Assembly: GCA_038883655.1 (NCBI GenBank)
Contig: JAVZLQ010000002.1
Location: forward strand, 153,625 to 217,624
From: Candidatus Bathyarchaeia archaeon
GTDB lineage: Archaea; Thermoproteota; Bathyarchaeia; Bathyarchaeales; Bathycorpusculaceae
DNA length: 64,000 bases
Direction: 5' to 3'
Positions 28,997 to 37,594 of this stretch are shown here, in pieces; position 1 is the stretch's first letter; every line of letters starts with the position of its first letter. The position numbers and the translations under genes are program-made. The notes under the pieces are model-generated. The model saw only the letters and a program-made list of their open reading frames with translations, was not told the DNA's origin and searched no databases.

Positions 28997-29521
28997 TTAA
29001 TTCTCGTCGCGCCCGAGGTGCAGTTGATATATTACAATGTTTAACTTTTTGCCCCATGGCGCTTCAACCGTTTCCTCTTTTACCATCTTGAAGCCGTTCT
29101 TCTCGTAAAACCTTCTAGCGTGAGTTTCCTCCCTCCCAGTAACCACAAACACATTTTTTATGCCTTTATGTTCTAAGTTTGAAAGGGCGAACTGCAACAG
29201 TTGAGTGCCTATTCCTCTTCGTTCATGCGGCGGAAAGATTATGATTCTGTCTAACTCAGCTGTGCTTGCATTTTTTTGTATGGTTTGGGCGAATCCTATT
29301 ATATTGCTGTTTTCGAGCGCAAGGTAAAATGTTGCTTTGCCTTCTTTAACTGCTTTTTGAAGCGTTTCTTCTGCAAAAGCTTTTTTAACATAATTGTCTG
29401 GAATGCCAAACTTAACAACATTGTCAACGTATATTTTGCTCTTTTTATCTTCTAAAATTGAAAGAAGCTTCATGCCAAGAGCTTTAATATCTTTGTCATC
29501 TGCTTTTCTAATAGTCACCAT
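28997..29521 (-). CDS. GNAT acetyltransferase
   Basis: Acetyl-CoA motif RRGIGTQLL and ARRFYEKNGF. Confidence 0.85.
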   Translation of the reverse strand: MVTIRKADDKDIKALGMKLLSILEDKKSKIYVDNVVKFGIPDNYVKKAFAEETLQKAVKEGKATFYLALENSNIIGFAQTIQKNASTAELDRIIIFPPHERRGIGTQLLQFALSNLEHKGIKNVFVVTGREETHARRFYEKNGFKMVKEETVEAPWGKKLNIVIYQLHLGRDEN

Positions 29522-29644
29522 GTTTATTGGCAACTCCAATAATTGGTAAAAGGAAATGTAAAAATGAAATGCCCTTTATAAAAGATTTTGCACAAGCGAA
29601 AATGAAATAAAAGGGCAAAACGACATGACAACGGCGGAATCACC

Positions 29645-30730
29645 ATGGTATCAAAGGTTGTTATGCCAAAGCTCAGCTTAACAATGAAGGAGGGCACCGT
29701 TGGCAAGTGGTATAAGCGTGAAGGCGAGAAAGTGGAAAAAGGCGAGCCAATAGTCGAAATTATCTCTGAAAAAGCCACCTACGACCTTGAAGCCCCAGCT
29801 TCGGGCATACTACGCAAAATACTTGTAGGAGAGGGCAGCGATGCCCCAGTTGACGCTGTCCTCGCCTTTATCGCAGATCAAGACGAGCCGCTGCCAGAAG
29901 CAGAAATCCAAACAGAGAAGCCAGCGGAAAAGGAAATTTTGGCTTCACCAGCCGCCAAACGGCTTGCAAGAGAACATGGAATAGACTTATCTCTCATTAA
30001 AGGTAGTGGTCCAGAGGGCAGAATCGTCGAGGAGGATGTTAGAAGGTTTATTGCGGAATCTTTGGGCCTCGCGCCGAAGGTTAAGGAGGTTGTTCCTCTA
30101 ACTGGCTTTAGAAAGACATCGGCCGAGCGTGTAGCATCAAGCTTTAGAACTGCACCACATAGCACATTGATGATGGAAGTCGACGTTTCGAAAGCTATTG
30201 AGCTCCACGAGAAGCTTAATGTTTCCTATACGGCCATAATTGTTGGGGCAGCCGCGAAGACTCTCCGCGATTATCCGCTTGTGAACTCAACGTTGGAAGG
30301 CGAGAAAATAAAAATTTTTGAAGACATAAACATTGGAGTGGCAACAGCCACCGAACACGGTCTAGCAGTTCCAGTTATTCGCGACGCCGACAAAAGGTCT
30401 GTTGAGGAGCTAGACAAAGTTATAAGAGAGTTAACAGAAAAGGCAAGGCAAGGGAAACTCTCAAAAGAAGACGTGAGCGGTGGAACGTTCACCATCACAA
30501 ATCTTGGCATGTACAACGTTGACTTTTTCACACCCATAATTAATCCACCAGAAGCCGCCATACTTGGAGTCGGAAAAATAACTCAAAAACCGGCCGTTGT
30601 CGATGGAAAGGTTGAGGTCAAACCATTGATGATGCTTAGCCTCTCCTACGACCACAGAATTATCGACGGCGCACCAGCAGCGGAATTCTTAGGCAAAGTT
30701 AAAGAAAGAATTGAGAAAGGCTTGGTTTAA
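29645..30730 (+). CDS. pdhC: Dihydrolipoamide acyltransferase E2
   Basis: Lipoyl domain (SEKA), E3-binding domain ASPAAKRLA...GSGPEGRI, catalytic DHRIIDG. Confidence 0.92.
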   Translation: MVSKVVMPKLSLTMKEGTVGKWYKREGEKVEKGEPIVEIISEKATYDLEAPASGILRKILVGEGSDAPVDAVLAFIADQDEPLPEAEIQTEKPAEKEILASPAAKRLAREHGIDLSLIKGSGPEGRIVEEDVRRFIAESLGLAPKVKEVVPLTGFRKTSAERVASSFRTAPHSTLMMEVDVSKAIELHEKLNVSYTAIIVGAAAKTLRDYPLVNSTLEGEKIKIFEDINIGVATATEHGLAVPVIRDADKRSVEELDKVIRELTEKARQGKLSKEDVSGGTFTITNLGMYNVDFFTPIINPPEAAILGVGKITQKPAVVDGKVEVKPLMMLSLSYDHRIIDGAPAAEFLGKVKERIEKGLV

Positions 30731-30733
30731 ACT

Positions 30734-31075
30734 TTAGGCTTCTTTAACCTTTTCAGCTGTTTCAACCGCTTCTTTTAGACTTTTGCTGACAAGCTTCAAT
30801 CTAACCTCCTTAATCATCGACACACCGCGACTAGTGATTATTGAGCCAGCCCAAACAATAATAATGAAGATGAAGAAGAAAACAAGGGCGTTACCAAAAA
30901 CAGCCATAGCCTCAACAAAATCGCCTGCGCCCACTGGAGTTTGGATAAACTGAGGAATCTTCGATTGACTTATAAGTGTTATAATTGCGAGAATTGCTGG
31001 AATCACAATTAAGACTAAGCCTAAAGCAAGCAACACGTAACCGACAATCTTCTCAGCTTTCTTTTCCGTCTTCAT
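30734..31075 (-). CDS. Small 2-TM membrane protein
   Basis: Two hydrophobic helices; ORF track. Confidence 0.6.
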   Translation of the reverse strand: MKTEKKAEKIVGYVLLALGLVLIVIPAILAIITLISQSKIPQFIQTPVGAGDFVEAMAVFGNALVFFFIFIIIVWAGSIITSRGVSMIKEVRLKLVSKSLKEAVETAEKVKEA

Positions 31076-31210
31076 AAAAGCGAATACGCCACTAGTTAAT
31101 AAAAACCTTATTCCAAAAATAAGTATGTTAAGCGCTTTGTTTCCGCATGTACGACGGAATAATCTTGTAGATGCATCAAAAGTGTTTTATTTTGAATAAT
31201 TAAAGATTGG

Positions 31211-31699
31211 ATGCCAGGTGAAAATGTGGATGGTACATTAATCGCCGGCAAAACGCTTGCTAGGATTGGCGGAGCACTTCTTATAGTCGGATTACTAATA
31301 TCCTTCATCGTTGTTGCCTCCCTTTTAAGTTCATTAGCAATATATGTGCTCCTTTATCCTCTTGTGTTTATAGGCGCTCTTCTGAACCTAATTTCAGCAA
31401 TAATGCTCCTCGCAACAGATAACGGAGTGATCATGATTGTTGCTGGTACTCTTGGTGCAACCTTCTCGATACTGTCGATTGGGGGGATTGTGGGGTTGAT
31501 AGGTGGAATATCGGGTTTAATTGGAGGAATTTTGGTTCTAGTTGCACAACCAGCACCTGCGCCAGCACCAGCATTTACACCACCAATACCTCCACCAACG
31601 CAACCTCAAGCAGCAGTATGTCCAACATGTGGGGGGCCACTCGTGTATGTTCAACAGTATCAAAGATGGTATTGTAACAAATGCCAACGATATGTATAG
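31211..31699 (+). CDS. Membrane protein with Pro-rich linker and C-terminal zinc ribbon
   Basis: About 4 TM helices, PAPAPAP linker, CPTCGGPL.Y.QQYQRWYC.KC. Confidence 0.7.
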   Translation: MPGENVDGTLIAGKTLARIGGALLIVGLLISFIVVASLLSSLAIYVLLYPLVFIGALLNLISAIMLLATDNGVIMIVAGTLGATFSILSIGGIVGLIGGISGLIGGILVLVAQPAPAPAPAFTPPIPPPTQPQAAVCPTCGGPLVYVQQYQRWYCNKCQRYV

Positions 31700-31843
31700 A
31701 CTTATGAAAAGTTAGCATAGCGTAGTCTTTGATAAACAGAATTAATTACTTTTCAGAAAATCTGGAAGAACAAACCACTGTTTTGATTAACTTCAATTTG
31801 GAAAATTTTAAGTGCTTAATCATCAAAAAAGTGTTGAGCTAAA

Positions 31844-32866
31844 ATGAAAGCTGCAGTATATTATAGCCAAAAGGACATTCGTGTCGAGAATTTGCCCATT
31901 CCAAAAATTGGTGAAGACGAAGCACTCGTGGAGATGAAGGCTTGTGGAATCTGCGGTTCAGACATGATGGAGTGGTACCTAAAAAGGCGTGCTCCACTTG
32001 TTCTTGGACATGAGCCAGCTGGCATAATAGCCAAAAAGGGAAGAAAGGTTAAAGATTTCAATGTTGGCGAAAGAGTTTTCGTCCATCATCATGTTGCTTG
32101 CCTGAAATGTCACTACTGCTTGCACGGCGATTACACGCTCTGCGAACAATTCCATAAAACGCACCTAGACCCAGGCGGATTTGCAGAATACTTCAGAGTG
32201 CCAGCTCCAAACCTTCAAATTGACACTTTAAAGATTCCAGAAAGCCTAACATTTGAGGAGGCAACATTCATAGAGCCAGTTGGCTGCTGCTTAAGAGCGA
32301 TAAAGAAATGCTGTTTGCAGGCCGGCGATTCCGTCGCTGTTATCGGCTCTGGAGTTATAGGGATAATCCATGTGGCGCTAACGAAAATTTTCGGAGCAAC
32401 AAAAATAGTTGCAAGCGACATTGTCGATTTTAGGCTTGAAGTGGCGAAAAAATTCGGTGCTGATGTGACAGTTAACCCTAAAAAGGAAAATTTAAAGAGC
32501 GTTGTTGAAGCTGAAACAGACGGGCTCGGAGTGGATGTTGTCTTTGTTACAGCCCCAAGCCTAGAAGCCTACAAGGCTGGCTTAAGCGTTTGCCGCAAAG
32601 GCGGAAAACTGTGCGTGTTCGCCCCAACAAGCTCCGAAGAAAAGCTTCAGCTAAGCCCAAAAGAGCTGTTCTTTTCAGAAATCAAAATAATCCCATCATA
32701 TTCGACTTCGCATTTAGAAACACGTTTGGCTTTGGAGCTAATAAAATCTGGAAAACTGAGTTTGAGGGAGTTAATTACGCATCGTTTTAGGCTTGAAGAG
32801 GCAGCTGAAGCCTTCAAAACAGCCCTAGAAAACAAAGAAAGCCTAAAAATCATAATACATAACTAG
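31844..32866 (+). CDS. Zn-dependent MDR alcohol/polyol dehydrogenase
   Basis: CGICGSD, GHE.AG, CLKCHYC..GDYTLC, GSGVIG. Confidence 0.9.
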   Translation: MKAAVYYSQKDIRVENLPIPKIGEDEALVEMKACGICGSDMMEWYLKRRAPLVLGHEPAGIIAKKGRKVKDFNVGERVFVHHHVACLKCHYCLHGDYTLCEQFHKTHLDPGGFAEYFRVPAPNLQIDTLKIPESLTFEEATFIEPVGCCLRAIKKCCLQAGDSVAVIGSGVIGIIHVALTKIFGATKIVASDIVDFRLEVAKKFGADVTVNPKKENLKSVVEAETDGLGVDVVFVTAPSLEAYKAGLSVCRKGGKLCVFAPTSSEEKLQLSPKELFFSEIKIIPSYSTSHLETRLALELIKSGKLSLRELITHRFRLEEAAEAFKTALENKESLKIIIHN

Positions 32867-32903
32867 TCATGGGATTGCAATAAACAATAGAAGGCTTTCG
32901 CGG

Positions 32904-33107
32904 TTGCATAGACTGGAATTTTCCTGGAAGCTGCTGTTCGCCGCCTTGGTTCTCGTGGCAGCTGGCCTGTTCTTAATGCTTCAATGTTCAAATACGCTTT
33001 TTGAGACGAATCCTCTTGCCATTGTTTTCATGTTATTGGCTGTAATTTTCATTCTTTCTGGAATAATCTTAATCCTTGCTGGTTTAGCGGCTATGGCTTC
33101 TGTTTAA
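32904..33107 (+). CDS. Small 2-TM protein
   Basis: Hydrophobic 67-aa ORF filling the gap between the two ADH genes. Confidence 0.45.
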   Translation: MHRLEFSWKLLFAALVLVAAGLFLMLQCSNTLFETNPLAIVFMLLAVIFILSGIILILAGLAAMASV

Positions 33108-33159
33108 AGGTTAACGAGGAGAAATCTCCATATACTCTAGTCCACAATCTTAGAGGCAA

Positions 33160-34197
33160 GTGATACAAATGAAGGCTGCAATGCTTTATGGCGTAAAAGA
33201 CTTGCGAGTTGAAGATGTTCCAAAGCCAAAAGTTAACGCTGGCGAAGTCCTCGTTAAGGTTAAGGCGGCAACAACATGCGGAACAGACCTAAAAATTTTC
33301 CAGAGAGGCTACGTTGAGAAGGTGATAAGGCTTCCAACGGTTTTTGGGCATGAGTGGGCTGGCGAAGTTGTGGAAGTTAGCGAAGGCCTAGAATGGCCTA
33401 GGAAGAGTATGCGTGTGCGCGCTGGAAACAGCGCTCCATGTTTACATTGTGTGATGTGCCAGAAGGGAAAGTATAATCTTTGTGAGAACATGATTTGGCT
33501 TTGGGGTGCGTATGCGGAATACATTAAGGTTCCAGCGCGGATGGTTCTCGTCAACATGCAAGAGATTCCACCGCATGTTTCTTTTGAAGAGGCAGCCATA
33601 ACAGAGCCCTTAGCATGCGTTTTGCACGGAGTGGAAGAGGCTGGAGTTAGGCTTGGCGATAATGTGGCGATAATTGGCGCTGGACCAATAGGGTTGCTGC
33701 ACTTGTTAACTGTCAAGCGAGTTGGCGCCGAAAAGGTCATAATGATAGACCTCATTGAGGAAAGGTTGGATTTCGCGAAAAAGCTTGGCGCAGACGAAGT
33801 TGTCAACGCTGGAAAAGGCGACGTCGTGGAAAAGGTTAAACAGTTAACAGACGGTTATAGCGTTGACGTAGCAATAGAAGCCATTGGTTTGCCTCAAACG
33901 TGGGAGCAAGCCCTAAAACTCGTCAGAAAAGGCGGAAGAGTTTTAGAATTCGGCGGATGCCCGCCTGGAACAGAGATTAAAGTTAGCACGGAGATGCTTC
34001 ATTACGGGGAAGTCACGGTTCTAGGCACTTTTCACGCGACTCCGCTACATTTTAGGAAAGCCCTAAGCCTAATAGCCTCAAAAGCAATTGATGTTAGACC
34101 ATTAATAACAAGAAGGATGGGATTGGACGAAATTAGGGAAGCCTTCCAAATACTCGCCACATCAAAAAATGAAATTAAAATTGCAATAATTCCATAA
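33160..34197 (+). CDS. Zn-dependent MDR alcohol/polyol dehydrogenase
   Basis: CGTD, GHEWAG, CLHCVMC..GKYNLC, GAGPIG. Confidence 0.9.
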   Translation: MIQMKAAMLYGVKDLRVEDVPKPKVNAGEVLVKVKAATTCGTDLKIFQRGYVEKVIRLPTVFGHEWAGEVVEVSEGLEWPRKSMRVRAGNSAPCLHCVMCQKGKYNLCENMIWLWGAYAEYIKVPARMVLVNMQEIPPHVSFEEAAITEPLACVLHGVEEAGVRLGDNVAIIGAGPIGLLHLLTVKRVGAEKVIMIDLIEERLDFAKKLGADEVVNAGKGDVVEKVKQLTDGYSVDVAIEAIGLPQTWEQALKLVRKGGRVLEFGGCPPGTEIKVSTEMLHYGEVTVLGTFHATPLHFRKALSLIASKAIDVRPLITRRMGLDEIREAFQILATSKNEIKIAIIP

Positions 34198-34224
34198 GGC
34201 TCGGGTGCCTTCAATTACGCTTAC

Positions 34225-34638
34225 TCAAAGCCACATGCATTTTGAGTACTCAACGTATTTTTGTACAAGATTTGTGGCATCATGCTCACCCATGCTGGGC
34301 GAATGTCGTGCACATAAATGGAACACCTGCACTCGATTGTCATTGAAAAGTTTGGAAATTTGAGCTCGCAATCCTACATGCCTACTTTCAAGACGCGCGA
34401 ACTGCACAGCGATTTTCTTAAGTCTAGATTCAAGGGTTCTTTTTTGCTCCTCTAATTCTTTGATTTTCTGTAGAAGTTGCTCCTCTGAGTAAGGAGACGC
34501 CATTCCAAGTTGTAGGACCTTCTGAATAAACGTTGTGTCGTTTACGGGAATTTTTAGCTTTTCAGCAAGTTCTAAAATCTCGCAGTTTTGGTCCACATAA
34601 ATTGTTTTCTGATCTTTCTTTAGTTTAATTTTAACCAA
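34225..34638 (-). CDS. Hypothetical coiled-coil protein ending in CMWL (gene 4 of the riboswitch operon)
   Basis: ORF begins 6 nt after the upstream stop; central coiled coil. Confidence 0.65.
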   Translation of the reverse strand: MVKIKLKKDQKTIYVDQNCEILELAEKLKIPVNDTTFIQKVLQLGMASPYSEEQLLQKIKELEEQKRTLESRLKKIAVQFARLESRHVGLRAQISKLFNDNRVQVFHLCARHSPSMGEHDATNLVQKYVEYSKCMWL

Positions 34639-34644
34639 AACTAA

Positions 34645-34920
34645 TCACCCTTTTCCATTCAAGAGCGCTTCAAGTTTTTCTTGATCTTCAATTAGCTCCT
34701 CCAGCATTCTTTCATCTCTTTTTATGTCGTTCGGCAGTTCCTTTACTCGCTTCTTTAGATACGTTATTCTCTCTTTTAGAGACAGCGTTTCATGCGCAAG
34801 GATTTGAATTCTGAGCGTGAGTAATCCTTTACGGATTATGCTTTCTGCCTGGTCGCCGAGGTTTTCGTATACCTTTGTCGGAATAAAGATTTTGGCACGT
34901 TTATTTTTAACATTGTTCAT
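34645..34920 (-). CDS. Hypothetical coiled-coil protein (gene 3 of the riboswitch operon)
   Basis: ATG at 34920 preceded by GGAGGT; overlaps the end of the DUF6062-like gene. Confidence 0.65.
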   Translation of the reverse strand: MNNVKNKRAKIFIPTKVYENLGDQAESIIRKGLLTLRIQILAHETLSLKERITYLKKRVKELPNDIKRDERMLEELIEDQEKLEALLNGKG

Positions 34921-35623
34921 TTGCAAGTGAACCTCCCGTAACGCTGATTCCTCTTCTACCGACGATTCTCTGAACACTCCTTAAAGGCACGTCTTCTACA
35001 CTTTTTCGATCCGCTTCTGAGAACTCATAGCTTTGCCGTCTAATATATTCGGAGAGTTCTGATTGTAAACGTTGAAGATTTCTCTCTTCAACCTCAACAA
35101 TGATTTTGATGGTTTCTTGATTATGCGTTGTATTCTTCAGCATTTTAAATAAAAGTGCAAAGTGAGGGATGCAAAGACTTTTGGAATCCTTGAAAAGTTT
35201 GAGAAATTCTTCGCTATGTGAAGATAGCAGTTCAATGATTTTTTTAATGTAGACTTTCATGAAACTGGCTAGATGGGTGCATGCGGGACAGTTGGCTGTT
35301 CGGATGGAAATCTCTCCCTGATTCTTTCTTTGCTTATGCAAGTCATGGAGAAGCCTTTCTATAATACTTTGCGTGATTAGGGCTATTCCGTGACCATCTG
35401 AGCTTCCAGGTTTTGCAGCCGTTATCAGCATTCTGTAAAAGTGATGATTGCAGAATCCTCCACTTTTAACAAGTTTTTCTCTTGCTTTAGAGTCCATTAC
35501 AAGCTCGGAAAGATAAGTGTCTATGTATTTTCTTTCAATTTCATCTTCTAATGCGCAAAGAAAACATTCTGCATCGCTTTTGATTATTCTTTCAATGCGG
35601 GGGTATGTTACGTCAATGCTCAT
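34907..35623 (-). CDS. DUF6062-like Cys/His protein
   Basis: Duplicated motifs CFLC...GFCNHH and CPAC...LCIPH, and C-terminal L.EYIRR..YEF. Confidence 0.7.
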   Translation of the reverse strand: MSIDVTYPRIERIIKSDAECFLCALEDEIERKYIDTYLSELVMDSKAREKLVKSGGFCNHHFYRMLITAAKPGSSDGHGIALITQSIIERLLHDLHKQRKNQGEISIRTANCPACTHLASFMKVYIKKIIELLSSHSEEFLKLFKDSKSLCIPHFALLFKMLKNTTHNQETIKIIVEVEERNLQRLQSELSEYIRRQSYEFSEADRKSVEDVPLRSVQRIVGRRGISVTGGSLANEQC

Positions 35624-35627
35624 GCAG

Positions 35628-36503
35628 TCACCACTGTTCTCTAATTTTCTTTAATACTGTTACAGCGTATAAGGTGTCTTCAAAAGTGGATATCCCAATG
35701 TCTGATCTTGCAAATCCGCCGTTTGCATTTTGACATTTAAGAACAAAATCAGCTGTCTGGTTTGGATATTTTAAGCGCTTGCCAAGAATATTAAGCGTCA
35801 TTGTTCCGTAGTAAGTATGTTCCATGTATGGAGTGGAACTATTAGGCACCACGGTGAAGCCTCCATAAGGCTTTTCGCATGCCCTAACATAATCGAGAGT
35901 TTCCTTAAGCGACTTAACTGGATAACCAAGATTAAAAAGTGAAGCCACAGCATGATAGGTAGAATTCAAATTCGAATGTCCATAAGCCCCAAAACCACCA
36001 TCAATGTTTTTGAAACTCAGCAACCACTCCGTAATCTTCTCATAGTTAACTTCTACACCGACAATTTTAGCAAGCTCGATTGCCATAAGCGCTAAGAGAA
36101 ATTCCGAGGCAACCTCAACATAAACGTCGATGGTTTCAAATTCGCCTTTGACAACTGGCAGAGAAAGAACAAACTTTTTCAAGTTTTTTCCGTTCGGCTT
36201 TTCACCGCACAGTCTTAAGGCTTTGGCTACATAGTAATGCGAGTAAAGGTTTTCTGCGGCAAAACTGCATAGCCATTCAACAGTCTTTTCAACATTTGGA
36301 AAAGGAGTGTCTAACAAATCCAAAATTGCCAACCCATAATACGTATCTTGGGCGTTAGATTCTGTGCCTTGGCAGAAAGCGTATCCACCATCCTCATTCT
36401 GCCGACTAACAACATAGTTAACTACACGTTTACTCCATAGGTCAGCATGTCGCGTATTTTCCAAAACCGCAAACCGCCCCACTTCAGGCAACCTGTCATT
36501 CAC
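35628..36503 (-). CDS. Prenyltransferase/squalene-oxidase repeat protein (COG1689-like)
   Basis: Repeats RQNEDGGY, FKNIDGGF, CEKPYGGF, CQNANGGF, each followed by a TY/TL helix. The in-frame TTG at 36491 lies 8 nt after an SD-like GGTGA. Confidence 0.8.
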   Translation of the reverse strand: MNDRLPEVGRFAVLENTRHADLWSKRVVNYVVSRQNEDGGYAFCQGTESNAQDTYYGLAILDLLDTPFPNVEKTVEWLCSFAAENLYSHYYVAKALRLCGEKPNGKNLKKFVLSLPVVKGEFETIDVYVEVASEFLLALMAIELAKIVGVEVNYEKITEWLLSFKNIDGGFGAYGHSNLNSTYHAVASLFNLGYPVKSLKETLDYVRACEKPYGGFTVVPNSSTPYMEHTYYGTMTLNILGKRLKYPNQTADFVLKCQNANGGFARSDIGISTFEDTLYAVTVLKKIREQW

Positions 36504-36523
36504 CCATATACTTTTGAAACTGG

Positions 36524-36585
36524 GTAGAAGCTATCAGCCCCTGCACATGCAGAAGCAAGGGCGGTTAAAGGCGAGCTTCATCGCC
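36524..36585 (-). ncRNA. Fluoride riboswitch (crcB RNA motif)
   Basis: GGCGAUGAAGCUCGCCUUUAACCGCCCUUGCUUCUGCAUGUGCAGGGGCUGAUAGCUUCUAC: P1 GGCGA/UCGCC, AACCGC junction, P2 GCCCUUGC/GCAGGGGC, GCUGAU, pseudoknot GAAGCU/AGCUUC, 3' UAC. Confidence 0.92.
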
Positions 36586-36612
36586 TTGAATTTTATAGAG
36601 CCTCAAAGAGTA

Positions 36613-36628
36613 AATATAAACATTTCTT
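36613..36628 (-). promoter_or_regulatory. BRE/TATA promoter of the riboswitch operon
   Basis: Minus strand AAGAAATG-TTTATATT, about 28 nt upstream of the aptamer start. Confidence 0.6.
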
Positions 36629-36746
36629 ACTAACCTTTAATTTTCTCATTTCCACTCATGTTAGCCATGGAATTTAATTGAAAGCAACAATATTTTAATT
36701 AAATGTTATTAGGAGTAAATGTTAATCTATGGTATGGTGTTGTGGC

Positions 36747-37154
36747 GTGAAGTTTACTTATACTGGTATCCGCGTCAGGAACTTAGAGCGTTCGGTAGAG
36801 TTTTATACAAAAATAATGGGCATGAAAATAGTGCGTAGGGGTACGATGGAGGCAGGCGGCGTCTATGTGCAGCTAAAAAGCGAAAAATCACCGCAGGTTT
36901 TAGAGCTGAACTATTATCCGCTTGGAACAAAGTTTTATGAGGAATATGTTGCTGGTTCCGAGCTTGACCACTTGGCTTTTTGGTGCAAAGACGTCCGAAA
37001 AGAGTATAGGCGTGTTCTCGCTGGTGGCGCAACTCCGGCTGTCGAGCCATGGGACGAGAATGGTTATACGTTGGCGTTTGTTAGAGATCCTGACGGAATT
37101 TGGATTGAGCTTATAGGGCGAGCCATCAAAAGTAAGCGTAAAGCTGAGCCTTAA
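36747..37154 (+). CDS. VOC/glyoxalase family protein
   Basis: GIRVRNLERSVEFYT, LELNY, DHLAF, AFVRDPDGIWIEL. Confidence 0.88.
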   Translation: MKFTYTGIRVRNLERSVEFYTKIMGMKIVRRGTMEAGGVYVQLKSEKSPQVLELNYYPLGTKFYEEYVAGSELDHLAFWCKDVRKEYRRVLAGGATPAVEPWDENGYTLAFVRDPDGIWIELIGRAIKSKRKAEP

Positions 37155-37170
37155 GCATGGTCGGCGTGGG

Positions 37171-37572
37171 ATGGTTGTACCTAAAGGCTTAATCCTACGA
37201 ATAGCCACAAAAGAGTGGGTAAACCAGGTTTTTGATTATGCCATGTATTTTACTAGCGTTCGTAGAAGGATGTCTGCTGGGCAAATTGTAATGTTCGTTC
37301 ATAAGACAGAGTTTGGGGATGCCTTCATAGGCTACGGTGAAATTGGAAACGTGTACGTTGTTGAGGAGCTTTCTGAAGTTGAAAAAGGCTTATGCGAAAA
37401 GTGGAGTTGGAAAAGAGCCATAGAATTCAAATATGTTGTCAAGTTTGAGAAGCCACTACCAATAAGGGAGACGTTCCTCAAAAATTTGAAGGTTAGGGGC
37501 AAAACTTTGCATTGCTTTCCGCTTAGCGAAGAATATTTGAATCAAATAATAGGGAAGGCTGAGAAAAGATAG
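37171..37572 (+). CDS. EVE/PUA-like domain protein
   Basis: RRMSAGQIVMFV...FIGYGEI...KFEKPLP pattern. Confidence 0.55.
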   Translation: MVVPKGLILRIATKEWVNQVFDYAMYFTSVRRRMSAGQIVMFVHKTEFGDAFIGYGEIGNVYVVEELSEVEKGLCEKWSWKRAIEFKYVVKFEKPLPIRETFLKNLKVRGKTLHCFPLSEEYLNQIIGKAEKR

Positions 37573-37594
37573 ATGTGAAAGGTTTAAGCGTGTT

